Positions 33,856-43,928 of a stretch of DNA of 64,000 nucleotides are shown one piece after another (the stretch's first letter is position 1; every line of letters starts with the position of its first letter). The stretch covers positions 22,227 through 86,226 of the forward strand of contig JAGBXX010000006.1 in assembly GCA_017629035.1 (NCBI GenBank), in the 5' to 3' direction. Both the position numbers and the translations under genes were made by a program. Under the pieces are notes generated by a model. The model was not told where the DNA came from. It was given only the letters and a program-made list of their open reading frames with translations, and did no database searches. The DNA is from Alistipes sp. GTDB lineage: Bacteria > Bacteroidota > Bacteroidia > Bacteroidales > Rikenellaceae.

Positions 33856-34470
33856 TTAGCGTATAAAGTTTGTCATTACACGCTCCTCGGCAGCAGGACG
33901 TGGGGTGTTGTCTGCGGCAATCTTGCGCATGAGCCACACCATGTTTCTTGCCAGCTGACGCAGCGACTGCAGACCCTCCTCATCCTGAAGCACCTCGCCT
34001 GGCGTGCGGCCATGGGCATTATTCCAGTAGTGCGATGACACCACAGGCATATTGTTGATCGTGAAGTATTTGTTGAGTCTATCGAAGGTTGCCGTGGCAC
34101 CACTACGACGGCATACGGCCACCGATGCTGCGGGCTTATACTGCAGATGACGGCCTGCGGCAAAGAACAATCTATCGAGGATGGCACAGAGCGAGCCATT
34201 AGGGCCAGCGTAGTAGACTGGCGAGCCTACGACAAGAGCATCGCACTCCTTAGCCTTAGCCTCGAGCAGCATGTAGAGCGGATCGCCAAAGGCACAAGTG
34301 CCGGTCTGGGCGCAGCTAAAACAGCCTATGCAACCCTGCACAGCACGCATGCCAATATGGATAATCTCGGCCTCGACACCCTCCTCTCGGAATGTTGCAA
34401 CCATGTGATTTAGAGCCTCGAACGTATTTCCTGTGGCATGAGGACTGCCATTGATAAGAAGAACTTTCAT
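33856..34470 (-). CDS. Flavodoxin family / iron-sulfur flavoprotein
   Basis: INGSPH...GNT, CIGCFSC...C cluster motif, GSPVYY. Confidence 0.88.
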   Translation of the reverse strand: MKVLLINGSPHATGNTFEALNHMVATFREEGVEAEIIHIGMRAVQGCIGCFSCAQTGTCAFGDPLYMLLEAKAKECDALVVGSPVYYAGPNGSLCAILDRLFFAAGRHLQYKPAASVAVCRRSGATATFDRLNKYFTINNMPVVSSHYWNNAHGRTPGEVLQDEEGLQSLRQLARNMVWLMRKIAADNTPRPAAEERVMTNFIR

Positions 34471-34484
34471 TGTCGTAAGGTTTT

Positions 34485-35213
34485 TTATTGTTTATGAGGC
34501 AGAACGAACTCCACCTCCTTGAATGCATATTCACGAATGGTGCCATCCTCGTGCTCCAGGCGCAGCTCGCCCGAGGGGCGCACACCTCGAATTATAGCTC
34601 TAAACTTCTCGCCCGAGGCAAGGGCATATATATGCTGCTCGTCGAGGTGATACATGAGCTCTCGGTAACGCTCCTCGATAGCCGATTTATTGCCCTCGAG
34701 CAATCTGCCGTACCACGCCTCGAGGTTAGCCATATAGCGCTCGAGCACCTCACGGCGATCAAAGCTGGCACTACGCAGCAAGGCCATAGATGTCGGATTT
34801 GGCAGGTCGGCAGGGAACTCTCGCTGGTTGATATTCAGGCCAATGCCCACAATCGTGCGAACAATACCCTCGGTAGATAGTTGGTGCTCGATAAGCACGC
34901 CGGCAAGCTTCGAGTTGCCAGCATAGAGGTCATTGGTCCACTTTATACGACACTCAATGCCGTACTCGGCCATGGTGTCGACAAGAGCAAGCGCCACAAC
35001 CTCGGAAAGCAGAAACTGCTCAACAACAGGCAGGAAGGTTGGCTTGAGCACCACGGAGAAGGTAACATTCTCGCCCTCAGCACTATGCCAGGAGTGGCCA
35101 CGCTGACCTCGGCCCGAGGTCTGGTACTCGCTCCAGATGGCGTCGAGGTGGTCGTAACACTCCTTGCGTGCCTCGTCGTTGGTCGATGTTGTCTGCTCGA
35201 TATAGTGAATCAT
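34485..35213 (-). CDS. birA: Biotin--protein ligase (no N-terminal HTH)
   Basis: STN, QTSGRGQRG, IKWTND, KLAGVLIE, GIGLNIN. Confidence 0.95.
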   Translation of the reverse strand: MIHYIEQTTSTNDEARKECYDHLDAIWSEYQTSGRGQRGHSWHSAEGENVTFSVVLKPTFLPVVEQFLLSEVVALALVDTMAEYGIECRIKWTNDLYAGNSKLAGVLIEHQLSTEGIVRTIVGIGLNINQREFPADLPNPTSMALLRSASFDRREVLERYMANLEAWYGRLLEGNKSAIEERYRELMYHLDEQHIYALASGEKFRAIIRGVRPSGELRLEHEDGTIREYAFKEVEFVLPHKQ

Positions 35214-35239
35214 ATATTACATAATGGTTAATTATCAGT

Positions 35240-35277
35240 CAAAGATAGAAAAAATCTTATAAAAATGGTTATCTTTG
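35240..35277. promoter_or_regulatory. Divergent -7 boxes TATCTTTG (35240-35247 minus; 35270-35277 plus)
   Basis: Exact consensus on both strands. Confidence 0.7.
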
Positions 35278-35298
35278 CAGATATATATAGATGTAGAT

Positions 35299-36108
35299 AT
35301 GGAAAAGAGATATATAGCACTACTCCTGTCGCTGATATTCATCGCCTCGTGTGGCGGTCAGAATAGCACAAATAGTGGCACAGCAAAGAGCGTCGAGGCA
35401 AAGCCTAAGCGTGTATTTGCCAAGTTATTAGACTATCGCATTGTGGCGCAGTATCCTCACTCGGCAGATAGCTACACGCAGGGTCTGCAATATGTCGACG
35501 GCGTGATGTGGGAGGGCACAGGCCAGGAGGGCGACTCGCACCTCCAGACAATAGACCTCAAAACGGGCAAGGTTAATATCGTAGCCTCGCTCCCTGACAA
35601 CGAGTTTGGCGAGGGCATAACACACTACAAAGATCGCATCTACCAGCTCACATGGCTCTCGCACGTGGCACACCTCTATGACAAGAGCGGCAAGGAGCTG
35701 CGCACCATAACCTTCGAGGGCGAGGGCTGGGGCCTTACAACCGATGGTGAGCGTCTGTTCCTCTCGGATGGCACGCCAATCATTCGCATCGTAAACCCCG
35801 AGACCTTTGCTACCGAGGATACGCTATGTGTGATGTACGACGGCTCGCCACTGCAACATATCAACGAGCTGGAGTGGATCGATGGCTATATCTGGGCAAA
35901 TGTATACCTCACGGACTCTATCGTCAAGATCAACCCTAAGACGGGCAACGTAGAGGCATATATCGACCTGCCAGCACTGCGCCAGCACCTGGTAAAAAAC
36001 CCCGAAGCTGAGGCCTGCAACGGCATAGCCTACAACGCCGAGAATGGACACCTGTACGTTACGGGCAAGGATTGGAACAAGATTTTCGAAATTGAGATCA
36101 TATATTAG
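35299..36108 (+). CDS. Glutaminyl-peptide cyclotransferase (type I, beta-propeller), lipoprotein
   Basis: YTQGL, FGEGIT, QLTW, EGWGLT, SDGT, NELE, NGIAY, TGKxW; lipobox IASC. ATG 35299. Confidence 0.92.
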   Translation: MEKRYIALLLSLIFIASCGGQNSTNSGTAKSVEAKPKRVFAKLLDYRIVAQYPHSADSYTQGLQYVDGVMWEGTGQEGDSHLQTIDLKTGKVNIVASLPDNEFGEGITHYKDRIYQLTWLSHVAHLYDKSGKELRTITFEGEGWGLTTDGERLFLSDGTPIIRIVNPETFATEDTLCVMYDGSPLQHINELEWIDGYIWANVYLTDSIVKINPKTGNVEAYIDLPALRQHLVKNPEAEACNGIAYNAENGHLYVTGKDWNKIFEIEIIY

Positions 36109-36114
36109 TTAGTT

Positions 36115-37026
36115 ATGAGCACTATTAAGCAACGAATATTAGAGTTACTCGATCGTCATATCATAGTCAAGGATTCGGCCGTTGGCACCACCCTCGTGGG
36201 CAATCGCCGTGATGTTGCACCCGAGAGCCTCTCGCTGAGCAACCCCGAGGCCGTAGTTGCCATGTACGAGGCGTCGCTCAAGGCGGGAGCAAAGATCCTC
36301 ACCTCGAACACCTTCCTAAGCGATCCACTCATGCTCAAGGAGTGTGGCATCGAGGAGTCGTGCGACACCATTGTCGAGGCCTCTATGCGCCTGGTGCGTG
36401 AGGCTATTGAGCGTAGCGGCAAGGAGGCCTTTGTGGCGGGCTCGATAGGCCCTTCGACACGCAACATATCGCTTGCTATCGACCTCACGGAGGAGGAGCT
36501 TCGCAACTCATATCGCACACTCATCGAGGCTCTTAAGCGCCATGGTGCCGACATCATGCTCATCGAGAGTATCACCGACGTGCGCAATGCCGAGATTGCG
36601 GCAGAGCTATGTCGTGAGATAGCCCCCGAGTGCCCTATCATCTTCTCGGCAACGCTCTCAAAGATTGGCGGTCTACTTATCTCGGGTCGCCCCATCGAGA
36701 AGTTTGTCGAGGATGTATCAAAATATGAGCCTCTGGCCATTGGCTTCAACTGCTCGTATGGCGTCAAAAACATTGTCGACAACATCGAGCTGCTCACACG
36801 TTTCACCACGCTGCCAACCTACGCCTCACCCTCAGCGGGTATTCCCGATGCTAAGGGCAAGTATCCCGAGAGCGTAAAGAAGCACACCGAGACGTTGCGC
36901 ACGGCTGCCGAGCGAGGCCTGCTCAGCATTGTTGGCGGCTGCTGCGGCACAACAGCAGAGTACACACGCAGCGTAGCGCAGATGGCACGCCACTACAAAC
37001 CACGCAAAACTAATAGCAATGAATAG
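36115..37026 (+). CDS. Homocysteine S-methyltransferase domain protein (stand-alone)
   Basis: AGA..LTSNTF, VAGSIGP, GFNCS and GGCCGT zinc ligands. Confidence 0.85.
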   Translation: MSTIKQRILELLDRHIIVKDSAVGTTLVGNRRDVAPESLSLSNPEAVVAMYEASLKAGAKILTSNTFLSDPLMLKECGIEESCDTIVEASMRLVREAIERSGKEAFVAGSIGPSTRNISLAIDLTEEELRNSYRTLIEALKRHGADIMLIESITDVRNAEIAAELCREIAPECPIIFSATLSKIGGLLISGRPIEKFVEDVSKYEPLAIGFNCSYGVKNIVDNIELLTRFTTLPTYASPSAGIPDAKGKYPESVKKHTETLRTAAERGLLSIVGGCCGTTAEYTRSVAQMARHYKPRKTNSNE

Positions 37027-38125
37027 CATAGAACTACGCCGTGCACTGCATCGCAACCCCGAACTTTCGTTCCAGGAGCACGACACACAGCGACTCATAA
37101 TTGAGGCTCTCGAGGCCGAGGGCATAAGCTATCGCAAGATTGCCAACACGGGCGTTCTGGCCAAGATCGAGGGCGAGCGTGGTAACCTAAGACGTGCTGT
37201 GGTGCTGCGTGCAGACATCGACGCACTCCCCATCAAGGAGCTCAACAACGTTGAGTATTGCTCAGTGCGTGAGGGCGTTATGCACGCCTGTGGCCACGAT
37301 ATGCACACAGCCATACTCTTTGGCGTGTTGCAGGCAATGAACCGAAAACGAGATTTCGAGGGCACGCTCTTTGGCCTCTTTCAGCCTGGCGAGGAGCTCA
37401 ACCCTGGAGGCGCTGTCAAGGTACTCGAGGAGCATCCATTCGAGGGCTACGACGTGGCTGCCGTCATAGGCGAGCATGTCGACGCAACACTCGAGGTGGG
37501 CGAGATAGGTATCTGCCCTGGTCAGTTCATGGCCTCGAACGACGAGCTGAGATTCTACATCTCGGGCCGTGGAGGACACGCCGCACGCCGCTCTACTATC
37601 GACGACAGTGTATCGGCTATGGCCGACATGATTCTTCGCTCCACGGCGCTCAACACTGCAGAGTGCGTACTCTCTATCGGCCGAGTAATTGCCGACGGCG
37701 CTACCAACGTAATCCCCGAAAAGGTGTATGCCGAGGGTACGATGCGAACCTTCGACAAGGAGTTGCGCGAGCGCACGCACAGCTATCTACACAACAACGC
37801 CCGCTCAATATCCGAGAAGTACAACGTTAAGGCCGAGGTAGATATCAGCTATGGCTACCCATGCGTCGTAAACGACGTAATGCTCGCCTACGAGGCTATG
37901 ATTGTGGCCTCGGACGAGGGCATTACAGTTAGGGAGCTCAAGCCTATGACCACGGCCGAGGATTTTGGTCACTATACCGAGGTGTACCCCTCGCTCTTCT
38001 ATCGCCTTGGCGTGGGCAGCATGGCTGGAGGCTCGCATACGGCGACATTCCTGCCCGACGAGCGAGCAATCGAGATTGGCGAGCGCATGATGCAACGCAT
38101 GGCGCTCCATGTTTTGAACAAGTAA
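37019..38125 (+). CDS. M20 family amidohydrolase
   Basis: LHRNPELS, RADIDALP, MHACGHD, FQPGEE, AEDF. Confidence 0.92.
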   Translation: MNSIELRRALHRNPELSFQEHDTQRLIIEALEAEGISYRKIANTGVLAKIEGERGNLRRAVVLRADIDALPIKELNNVEYCSVREGVMHACGHDMHTAILFGVLQAMNRKRDFEGTLFGLFQPGEELNPGGAVKVLEEHPFEGYDVAAVIGEHVDATLEVGEIGICPGQFMASNDELRFYISGRGGHAARRSTIDDSVSAMADMILRSTALNTAECVLSIGRVIADGATNVIPEKVYAEGTMRTFDKELRERTHSYLHNNARSISEKYNVKAEVDISYGYPCVVNDVMLAYEAMIVASDEGITVRELKPMTTAEDFGHYTEVYPSLFYRLGVGSMAGGSHTATFLPDERAIEIGERMMQRMALHVLNK

Positions 38126-38137
38126 GATATTTTTTAG

Positions 38138-40282
38138 ATGGCTAAAAAGAGAAATAAACGAGGTAACAACCGCGATGAGCGTGCCTCGTTCATTGTAGAC
38201 ATGTTTCGCGAGTTCCCCGACAACAAGTTCTCGCTCAAGCACCTTGCCGCAGCTTCGGGAGGTGCCGACCGTGATGGCCGCACCATGACCTTTGCTATTG
38301 TGCGCCAGCTCATGGAGGATGGCTTTGTCGAGGAGGTTGCACGCAGCAAGTACCGCCTCTCGCGCTCGGCAATGCCACGCTACGAGGGCGTTGTGCGTAG
38401 CTGCACACCTGGAGCACTCTATGTCGAGGTCGAGGATCTGGAGAGCGATGTATATGTAGCACGCCGCAATGGTGGCGGTGCTCTTGAGGGCGATAAGGTG
38501 CAGATTGTCGTGGCACGCCGCTCACGCAGTGGTGAGCTTGAGGGCACCATCGTGGCTGTCACAGAGCGCTCAACACGCCCATACGTGGGTACGGCACAGC
38601 TCACCACAAACTCGATATTCGTAACACCCGACACCCGACGTCTGGGCTGCGACATCTACCTGCCACGCAAGTACTACTCAAAGGTCGAGGAGGGCGACAA
38701 GGTTCTGGTACGTGTGATCGACTGGCCCGAGGGCGAGCGACTGCCTCATGGTGAGCTGCTCGATATTCTGGGCAAGGCGGGAGATAACGACACCGAGATG
38801 CATGCCATACTCGCCGAGTTTGACCTACCCTACCGCTTTGAGCGTGAGGTGCTTCGTGCTGCAAACAGCATTGACGAGGGTATCACATCTGAGGAGATTG
38901 CCCGCCGTCGTGATATGCGTGATCGCATAACATTCACAATAGACCCTGCCGACGCCAAGGACTTCGACGATGCTCTCTCGCTCCACAAGCTCAGCGAGGG
39001 AGTGTGGGAGGTCGGTGTACATATTGCCGACGTGACACACTACGTGGAGAGTGGCTCGGTGGTCGACAACGAGGCAGTGGAGCGTGCTACGTCGGTATAT
39101 CTCGTAGACCGCACCATACCTATGCTGCCCGAGCGACTATCCAACGAGCTGTGCTCGCTGCGCCCCAACGAGGATAAGCTCTGCTTCTCGGCAGTATTCA
39201 CAATAAATGAGAATCTCGACATTATCGACGAGTGGTTTGGTCGCACGGTAATTCACTCTAACCGCCGCTTCACGTACGAGGAGGCTCAGGCAGTAATCGA
39301 GGGTGGCGAGGGTGACTTCCGCCAAGAGATTCTCACGCTCAACACCCTAGCTCAGGGCCTTCGCAAGGAGCGATTTAAGCATGGCGCCATAGCCTTTGAG
39401 CGTGACGAGATACGCTTCAAACTCGACAGCAAGGGTGCACCTATTGGTGTATACACCAAGGTACAGAAGGAGTCCAACCAGCTTATCGAGGAGTTTATGC
39501 TCCTTGCCAACCGCCGTGTTGCCGAGTTCTGCGCCCACAGAGTGTCGAATGGTCGCAAGGTGCCACGCCCCATGGTATTCCGTGTGCACGACGAGCCATC
39601 GGAGGAGAAGCTTGAGCGCTTCAGAGAGTTTGCCATGCGCTTTGGCCACTACTTCAAGGCGACAAAGGGACGTGCCATTGCCAAGGAGATGAACAAGTTG
39701 CTCGGAGGCATCGCTGGTCGTGCCGAGGCAAATGCTATCACCACACTTGCCGTGCGAAGCATGGCCAAGGCGGTATATACCACCGACAACATCGGCCACT
39801 ATGGCCTTGCCTTCCCATACTACACGCACTTCACCTCGCCTATTCGTCGCTACCCCGACATGATGGTACACCGACTCTTGGCAAGCTACCTCGCAGGAGC
39901 AAAGACGGCAGATAAGCGCCAACTCGAATCCCTCGCTCTACACTCTACCGAGCGTGAGATTGTGGCCTCGGAGGCCGAGCGTGCAAGTATCAAGTATAAG
40001 ATGGCGGAGTTCATGAAGGACCGCATCGGCGAGGAGTTCGATGGCGTAGTATCGGGCTTGACCGAGTGGGGAGTATACGTGGAGCTCGACGAGACACATG
40101 TCGAGGGCATGGCCTTCCTACGTGACATCGACTCGGACGACTACTACCGCTTCGACGAGGCACGCTACGAGGTTGTGGGCCGCTCATCGGGCATACGCCT
40201 CACGCTTGGCAGCCGTGTACGTGTGCGTGTCAAGGGTGTGGATATGAATCGCCGCACACTCGACTTCAAACTACTTCTATAA
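38138..40282 (+). CDS. rnr: Ribonuclease R
   Basis: TIDPADAKDFDDA, LIEEFMLLAN, YTHFTSPIRRYPD, C-terminal S1 domain. Confidence 0.96.
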   Translation: MAKKRNKRGNNRDERASFIVDMFREFPDNKFSLKHLAAASGGADRDGRTMTFAIVRQLMEDGFVEEVARSKYRLSRSAMPRYEGVVRSCTPGALYVEVEDLESDVYVARRNGGGALEGDKVQIVVARRSRSGELEGTIVAVTERSTRPYVGTAQLTTNSIFVTPDTRRLGCDIYLPRKYYSKVEEGDKVLVRVIDWPEGERLPHGELLDILGKAGDNDTEMHAILAEFDLPYRFEREVLRAANSIDEGITSEEIARRRDMRDRITFTIDPADAKDFDDALSLHKLSEGVWEVGVHIADVTHYVESGSVVDNEAVERATSVYLVDRTIPMLPERLSNELCSLRPNEDKLCFSAVFTINENLDIIDEWFGRTVIHSNRRFTYEEAQAVIEGGEGDFRQEILTLNTLAQGLRKERFKHGAIAFERDEIRFKLDSKGAPIGVYTKVQKESNQLIEEFMLLANRRVAEFCAHRVSNGRKVPRPMVFRVHDEPSEEKLERFREFAMRFGHYFKATKGRAIAKEMNKLLGGIAGRAEANAITTLAVRSMAKAVYTTDNIGHYGLAFPYYTHFTSPIRRYPDMMVHRLLASYLAGAKTADKRQLESLALHSTEREIVASEAERASIKYKMAEFMKDRIGEEFDGVVSGLTEWGVYVELDETHVEGMAFLRDIDSDDYYRFDEARYEVVGRSSGIRLTLGSRVRVRVKGVDMNRRTLDFKLLL

Positions 40283-40303
40283 CAACAAATTAAGAGTTTA
40301 GCT

Positions 40304-41395
40304 ATGCAGATAGAAGATATCTTGGAGAAGGCTCTGCTACGCACGCCACTGACACGTGAGGAGGCATACTTCATATACGACAATGCACCGCTCCATGAGC
40401 TATGCAGCATTGCCGACGCCATACGCAAGAGCACGGTCGACGACCCCGAAGTCGTGACATGGCAGATAGACCGCAACGTCAACATCACAAATGTATGCAA
40501 GTCGGGCTGTAAGTTCTGCAACTTTCACTGCAAGCCCCACCAGAGCGACAAGGCCTACATAACAACCATTGCCGAGTATCGCACTAAGATCGACGAGGCA
40601 TTGGCCCTGGGTGCCGACCAGCTACTGCTTCAGGGCGGCATGCACCCACGTCTGGGCATAGAGTTCTACGAGCGTCTGTTCCAGCAGATTAAGAAGGAGT
40701 ACCCCACGTTGCGCCTCAACGCCCTTGGCGCACCCGAGGTGGCACACATAGCTCAGGTGAGCAACATAACAACCATCGAGACTCTACAACGTCTGCGTGC
40801 TGCGGGCCTCGACACCCTGCCTGGTGCTGGCGCCGAGATACTCTCGGAGCAGGTGCGCAAGCGCATATCTCCGGCCAAGCCCTCGGCACGTGAGTGGATA
40901 CGTGTGATGCACGAGGCGCATATCCTCGACATACCCACCACGGCAACGATGATGTATGGCCACGTGGAGCAGCCACACCAGCGCATAGACCACCTCATCA
41001 CGTTGCGTGACCTTCAGGCGGCAAAGCCCGAGCACTCACGAGGCTTCACAGCATTTATTCCATGGATATTCTGCCCCAAGGGCACACAGCTCGAGCGTGA
41101 GGGCATAGCACCCCGATTCTCTGCTACGGAGTATCTGCGCATAATAGCCATGAGCCGAATCATACTCCACAACATACGCAACATTCAGGCATCGTGGCTC
41201 ACCGTGGGCAAGGAGGTTGCCGAGCTTGCACTCAAGAGTGGTGCTAACGACATGGGCTCGATAATGATTGAGGAGAATGTAGTATCGTCGGCAGGTGCCT
41301 CAACACGCTTCGACCGCGAGGCGATGCAGGCAACAATACGTCGTGCGGGATTTACCCCACGCCTACGTGACCAGCTATACAACTACCGTGACTAA
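40304..41395 (+). CDS. mqnC: Cyclic dehypoxanthinyl futalosine synthase (radical SAM)
   Basis: IDRNVNITNVCKSGCKFCNF, LLQGG, PGAGAEIL, IQASW, GSIMIEENVVSSAG. Confidence 0.88.
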   Translation: MQIEDILEKALLRTPLTREEAYFIYDNAPLHELCSIADAIRKSTVDDPEVVTWQIDRNVNITNVCKSGCKFCNFHCKPHQSDKAYITTIAEYRTKIDEALALGADQLLLQGGMHPRLGIEFYERLFQQIKKEYPTLRLNALGAPEVAHIAQVSNITTIETLQRLRAAGLDTLPGAGAEILSEQVRKRISPAKPSAREWIRVMHEAHILDIPTTATMMYGHVEQPHQRIDHLITLRDLQAAKPEHSRGFTAFIPWIFCPKGTQLEREGIAPRFSATEYLRIIAMSRIILHNIRNIQASWLTVGKEVAELALKSGANDMGSIMIEENVVSSAGASTRFDREAMQATIRRAGFTPRLRDQLYNYRD

Positions 41396-41415
41396 TATAT
41401 AATAAATAGGTATAT

Positions 41416-41458
41416 AAAATATTAAAGCCTGTCCGCTGGGGACAGGCTTTAATATTTT
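41416..41458. terminator. Bidirectional terminator
   Basis: 19-bp perfect inverted repeat aaaatattaaagcctgtcc / ggacaggctttaatatttt between convergent genes. Confidence 0.88.
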
Positions 41459-41472
41459 GTAACTGCTCGAAA

Positions 41473-43236
41473 CTATCTCTCGGGCTTGATATCCTTAACT
41501 CTAAGCTGCTTTGACACCGTGCCACGATAGTGGTTCTCCACGATCTGATAGCATACCGACACTGGCTTGCCTGCACGCACCCACTCGTAGTGTGTAGGCT
41601 GCTGGAAGGCAATAGCTGGTATTGTGGTGTGAGGCTTCTCACGCTGCATGAGGTCCATGCGCAGGTGGTCGCACTCTGCACCTACGAGCTTTGCATCGCC
41701 ACGATGGTTGGTAGCACCACGAGTCATAAAGACTGGAGCGGTATTACCTGGGCCAAATGGCTGGAAGCCATTGAGCTGGCGGTGGAACTCATCGGTAATC
41801 TCCGAGAAGAGCAACTCGCTATCAATATCTACCTGAGGCACAAGGATGCTTGGGTTGATATTCTCCTCGACATAGTCATTAAAACGCTTGGTGAAGGCCT
41901 CGACATTCTCCTCCTTCATCGTAAGACCTGCGGCGTACATGTGTCCACCGAAGTTCTCAAGTAGGTCGGAGCACGACTCAACAGCCTGGTAGAGGTCGAA
42001 ACCTGCAACAGAGCGTGCCGAGCCCGTAACAAAGCCATTCGACTTAGTGAGCACCACCGTAGGACGGTAGTAGGTCTCGATGAGTCGTGAGGCAACGATA
42101 CCCACAATACCCTTCATCCAGCGAGGATTGTAGATAACAGTGCTCTTCTTGGCCTTGAGCTCAGGGTTAGACTCAACATAGTCGTGAGCCTCCTGCGTAA
42201 CGTTGCGGTCGATGCTCTTACGATCCTGGTTATAGGAGTCGATAACCTCGCCGAACTTTGCCGCCTCCTGCTCGTTACCCTCGATAAGAAGGCTCACGGC
42301 AGCATGGCCACCCGAAGGTGCGGCATTCTCGTCGTCCTCGTCCATGCGCATACGGCCTGCGGCATTGATGCGTGGGCCAATCTTAAAGACGATGTCGTCG
42401 ATAGTAATGTTGTGACCCTCAAGACCGCAGATCTTGATGATCGAGAGTAGTCCCTTCGAAGGCTCAGCGTTGAGCTTACGAAGTCCGTAGTATGCCAATA
42501 TGCGGTTTTCGTCCACAAGAGGCACAATATCCGAAGCGATACTTACGACCAACAAATCGAGCAAGTGCTCAATCTCCTTGAACGGAATATTGTTGCGTCG
42601 TGCATAGGCCTCGACAAGTTTGAAACCAACGCCACAGCCCGACAACTCATCGAATGGATAGTTGCAGTCTGTGCGCTTTGGATCGAGTACTGCCACAGCC
42701 TCGGGGATCTCCTCGGCGGGCAAATGGTGGTCGCAGATGATGAAATCCACGCCCTTCTGTTTGGCATAGGCCACCTTTTCGACAGCTTTGATGCCGCAGT
42801 CCAGAGCTATGACCAGCTTAACGCCTTTACGTACAGCATGGTCGATGCTGCGGATTGATATGCCATAACCATCGACATATCGATCTGGAATGTAGAACAA
42901 CAAATTTTTGTGTCCAATCTGGCTTAGGAATTTGTAGACCAGCGCCACGGCAGTGGTTCCGTCGACATCGTAGTCGCCATAAATCATTACCTTTTCGCCT
43001 GTCTTCACAGCCTTCTCGATTCGCTCCACAGCTCGCTCCATATCCTTCATTAGGAATGGATCGTGCAAGTCGCGTAGCGATGGCGAGAAGAATTTCTGAG
43101 CCTTCTCGACGGTGTCTATGCCCCTCTGAACCAGCAGGTTGGTCAAGACTGGGGACATGCGTAGGTGCGAAGCCAAAGACTCCACCACCGAGCGCTCGCC
43201 CTGCGGCTTGACAACCCATCTTTTCTCTATGGGCAT
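41473..43236 (-). CDS. recJ: Single-stranded-DNA exonuclease RecJ
   Basis: YGDYDVDG, DCG, DHH, PRINAAGR, GSARS, FGGH..AAG. Confidence 0.97.
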   Translation of the reverse strand: MPIEKRWVVKPQGERSVVESLASHLRMSPVLTNLLVQRGIDTVEKAQKFFSPSLRDLHDPFLMKDMERAVERIEKAVKTGEKVMIYGDYDVDGTTAVALVYKFLSQIGHKNLLFYIPDRYVDGYGISIRSIDHAVRKGVKLVIALDCGIKAVEKVAYAKQKGVDFIICDHHLPAEEIPEAVAVLDPKRTDCNYPFDELSGCGVGFKLVEAYARRNNIPFKEIEHLLDLLVVSIASDIVPLVDENRILAYYGLRKLNAEPSKGLLSIIKICGLEGHNITIDDIVFKIGPRINAAGRMRMDEDDENAAPSGGHAAVSLLIEGNEQEAAKFGEVIDSYNQDRKSIDRNVTQEAHDYVESNPELKAKKSTVIYNPRWMKGIVGIVASRLIETYYRPTVVLTKSNGFVTGSARSVAGFDLYQAVESCSDLLENFGGHMYAAGLTMKEENVEAFTKRFNDYVEENINPSILVPQVDIDSELLFSEITDEFHRQLNGFQPFGPGNTAPVFMTRGATNHRGDAKLVGAECDHLRMDLMQREKPHTTIPAIAFQQPTHYEWVRAGKPVSVCYQIVENHYRGTVSKQLRVKDIKPER

Positions 43237-43241
43237 AATTT

Positions 43242-43928
43242 TTACTTTTTATATTTAACATTTAAATTTTTCGTTAGGTAGTGTATAAACTTGGGTTTTA
43301 CCTCCTCCATAGTTACCTCTCGGCCCGTAAGCGTAGAGAGCGAGCATACACCACGATCGGTGAAGCCACAAGGATTGATGAGGTGGAACCACTTGAGGTC
43401 GGTCGACACATTCATCGCCAGACCATGCATCGTAACGCCATGCGAGGCACGCACACCCACAGCACAGAGCTTAACAAGGTGGTTGCCCTGAGTCACCCAC
43501 ACGCCCGAAGCACCCTCCGAACGATGTGCCTCGATGCCATACTCGGCAGCAAGGTCGATGACAGACTGCTCGAGTGCCTCAATATAACGTCGCACACCCA
43601 AGCCTATTGCGTCAAGATCAACTATTGGATAACAGACTAACTGTCCGGGGCCGTGGAATGTGATATCGCCACCACGGTCTATATGATAGAACTCAGCACC
43701 AAGGCTACGAAGATACTCCTCGGTGCAGAGCATATTTTGCTGATCACCGCTCTTGCCAAGGGTGTAGACTGCAGGGTGCTCGACCATAAGGATGGTGCCA
43801 CGTGGCTCATCCTCCGTAAAACTCTTCTCGAGCTTCTTACGACACAACGAGTCGAATAGCGAACGCTGCAAATCCCAGCACTCGCCATACGCCATACTCT
43901 GTAAATCTCTGATCTCTACTTCTTGCAT
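43242..43928 (-). CDS. lipB: Octanoyltransferase
   Basis: EHPAVYTLG, RGGDITFHGPGQ, HGLAMN, INPCG. Confidence 0.96.
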   Translation of the reverse strand: MQEVEIRDLQSMAYGECWDLQRSLFDSLCRKKLEKSFTEDEPRGTILMVEHPAVYTLGKSGDQQNMLCTEEYLRSLGAEFYHIDRGGDITFHGPGQLVCYPIVDLDAIGLGVRRYIEALEQSVIDLAAEYGIEAHRSEGASGVWVTQGNHLVKLCAVGVRASHGVTMHGLAMNVSTDLKWFHLINPCGFTDRGVCSLSTLTGREVTMEEVKPKFIHYLTKNLNVKYKK

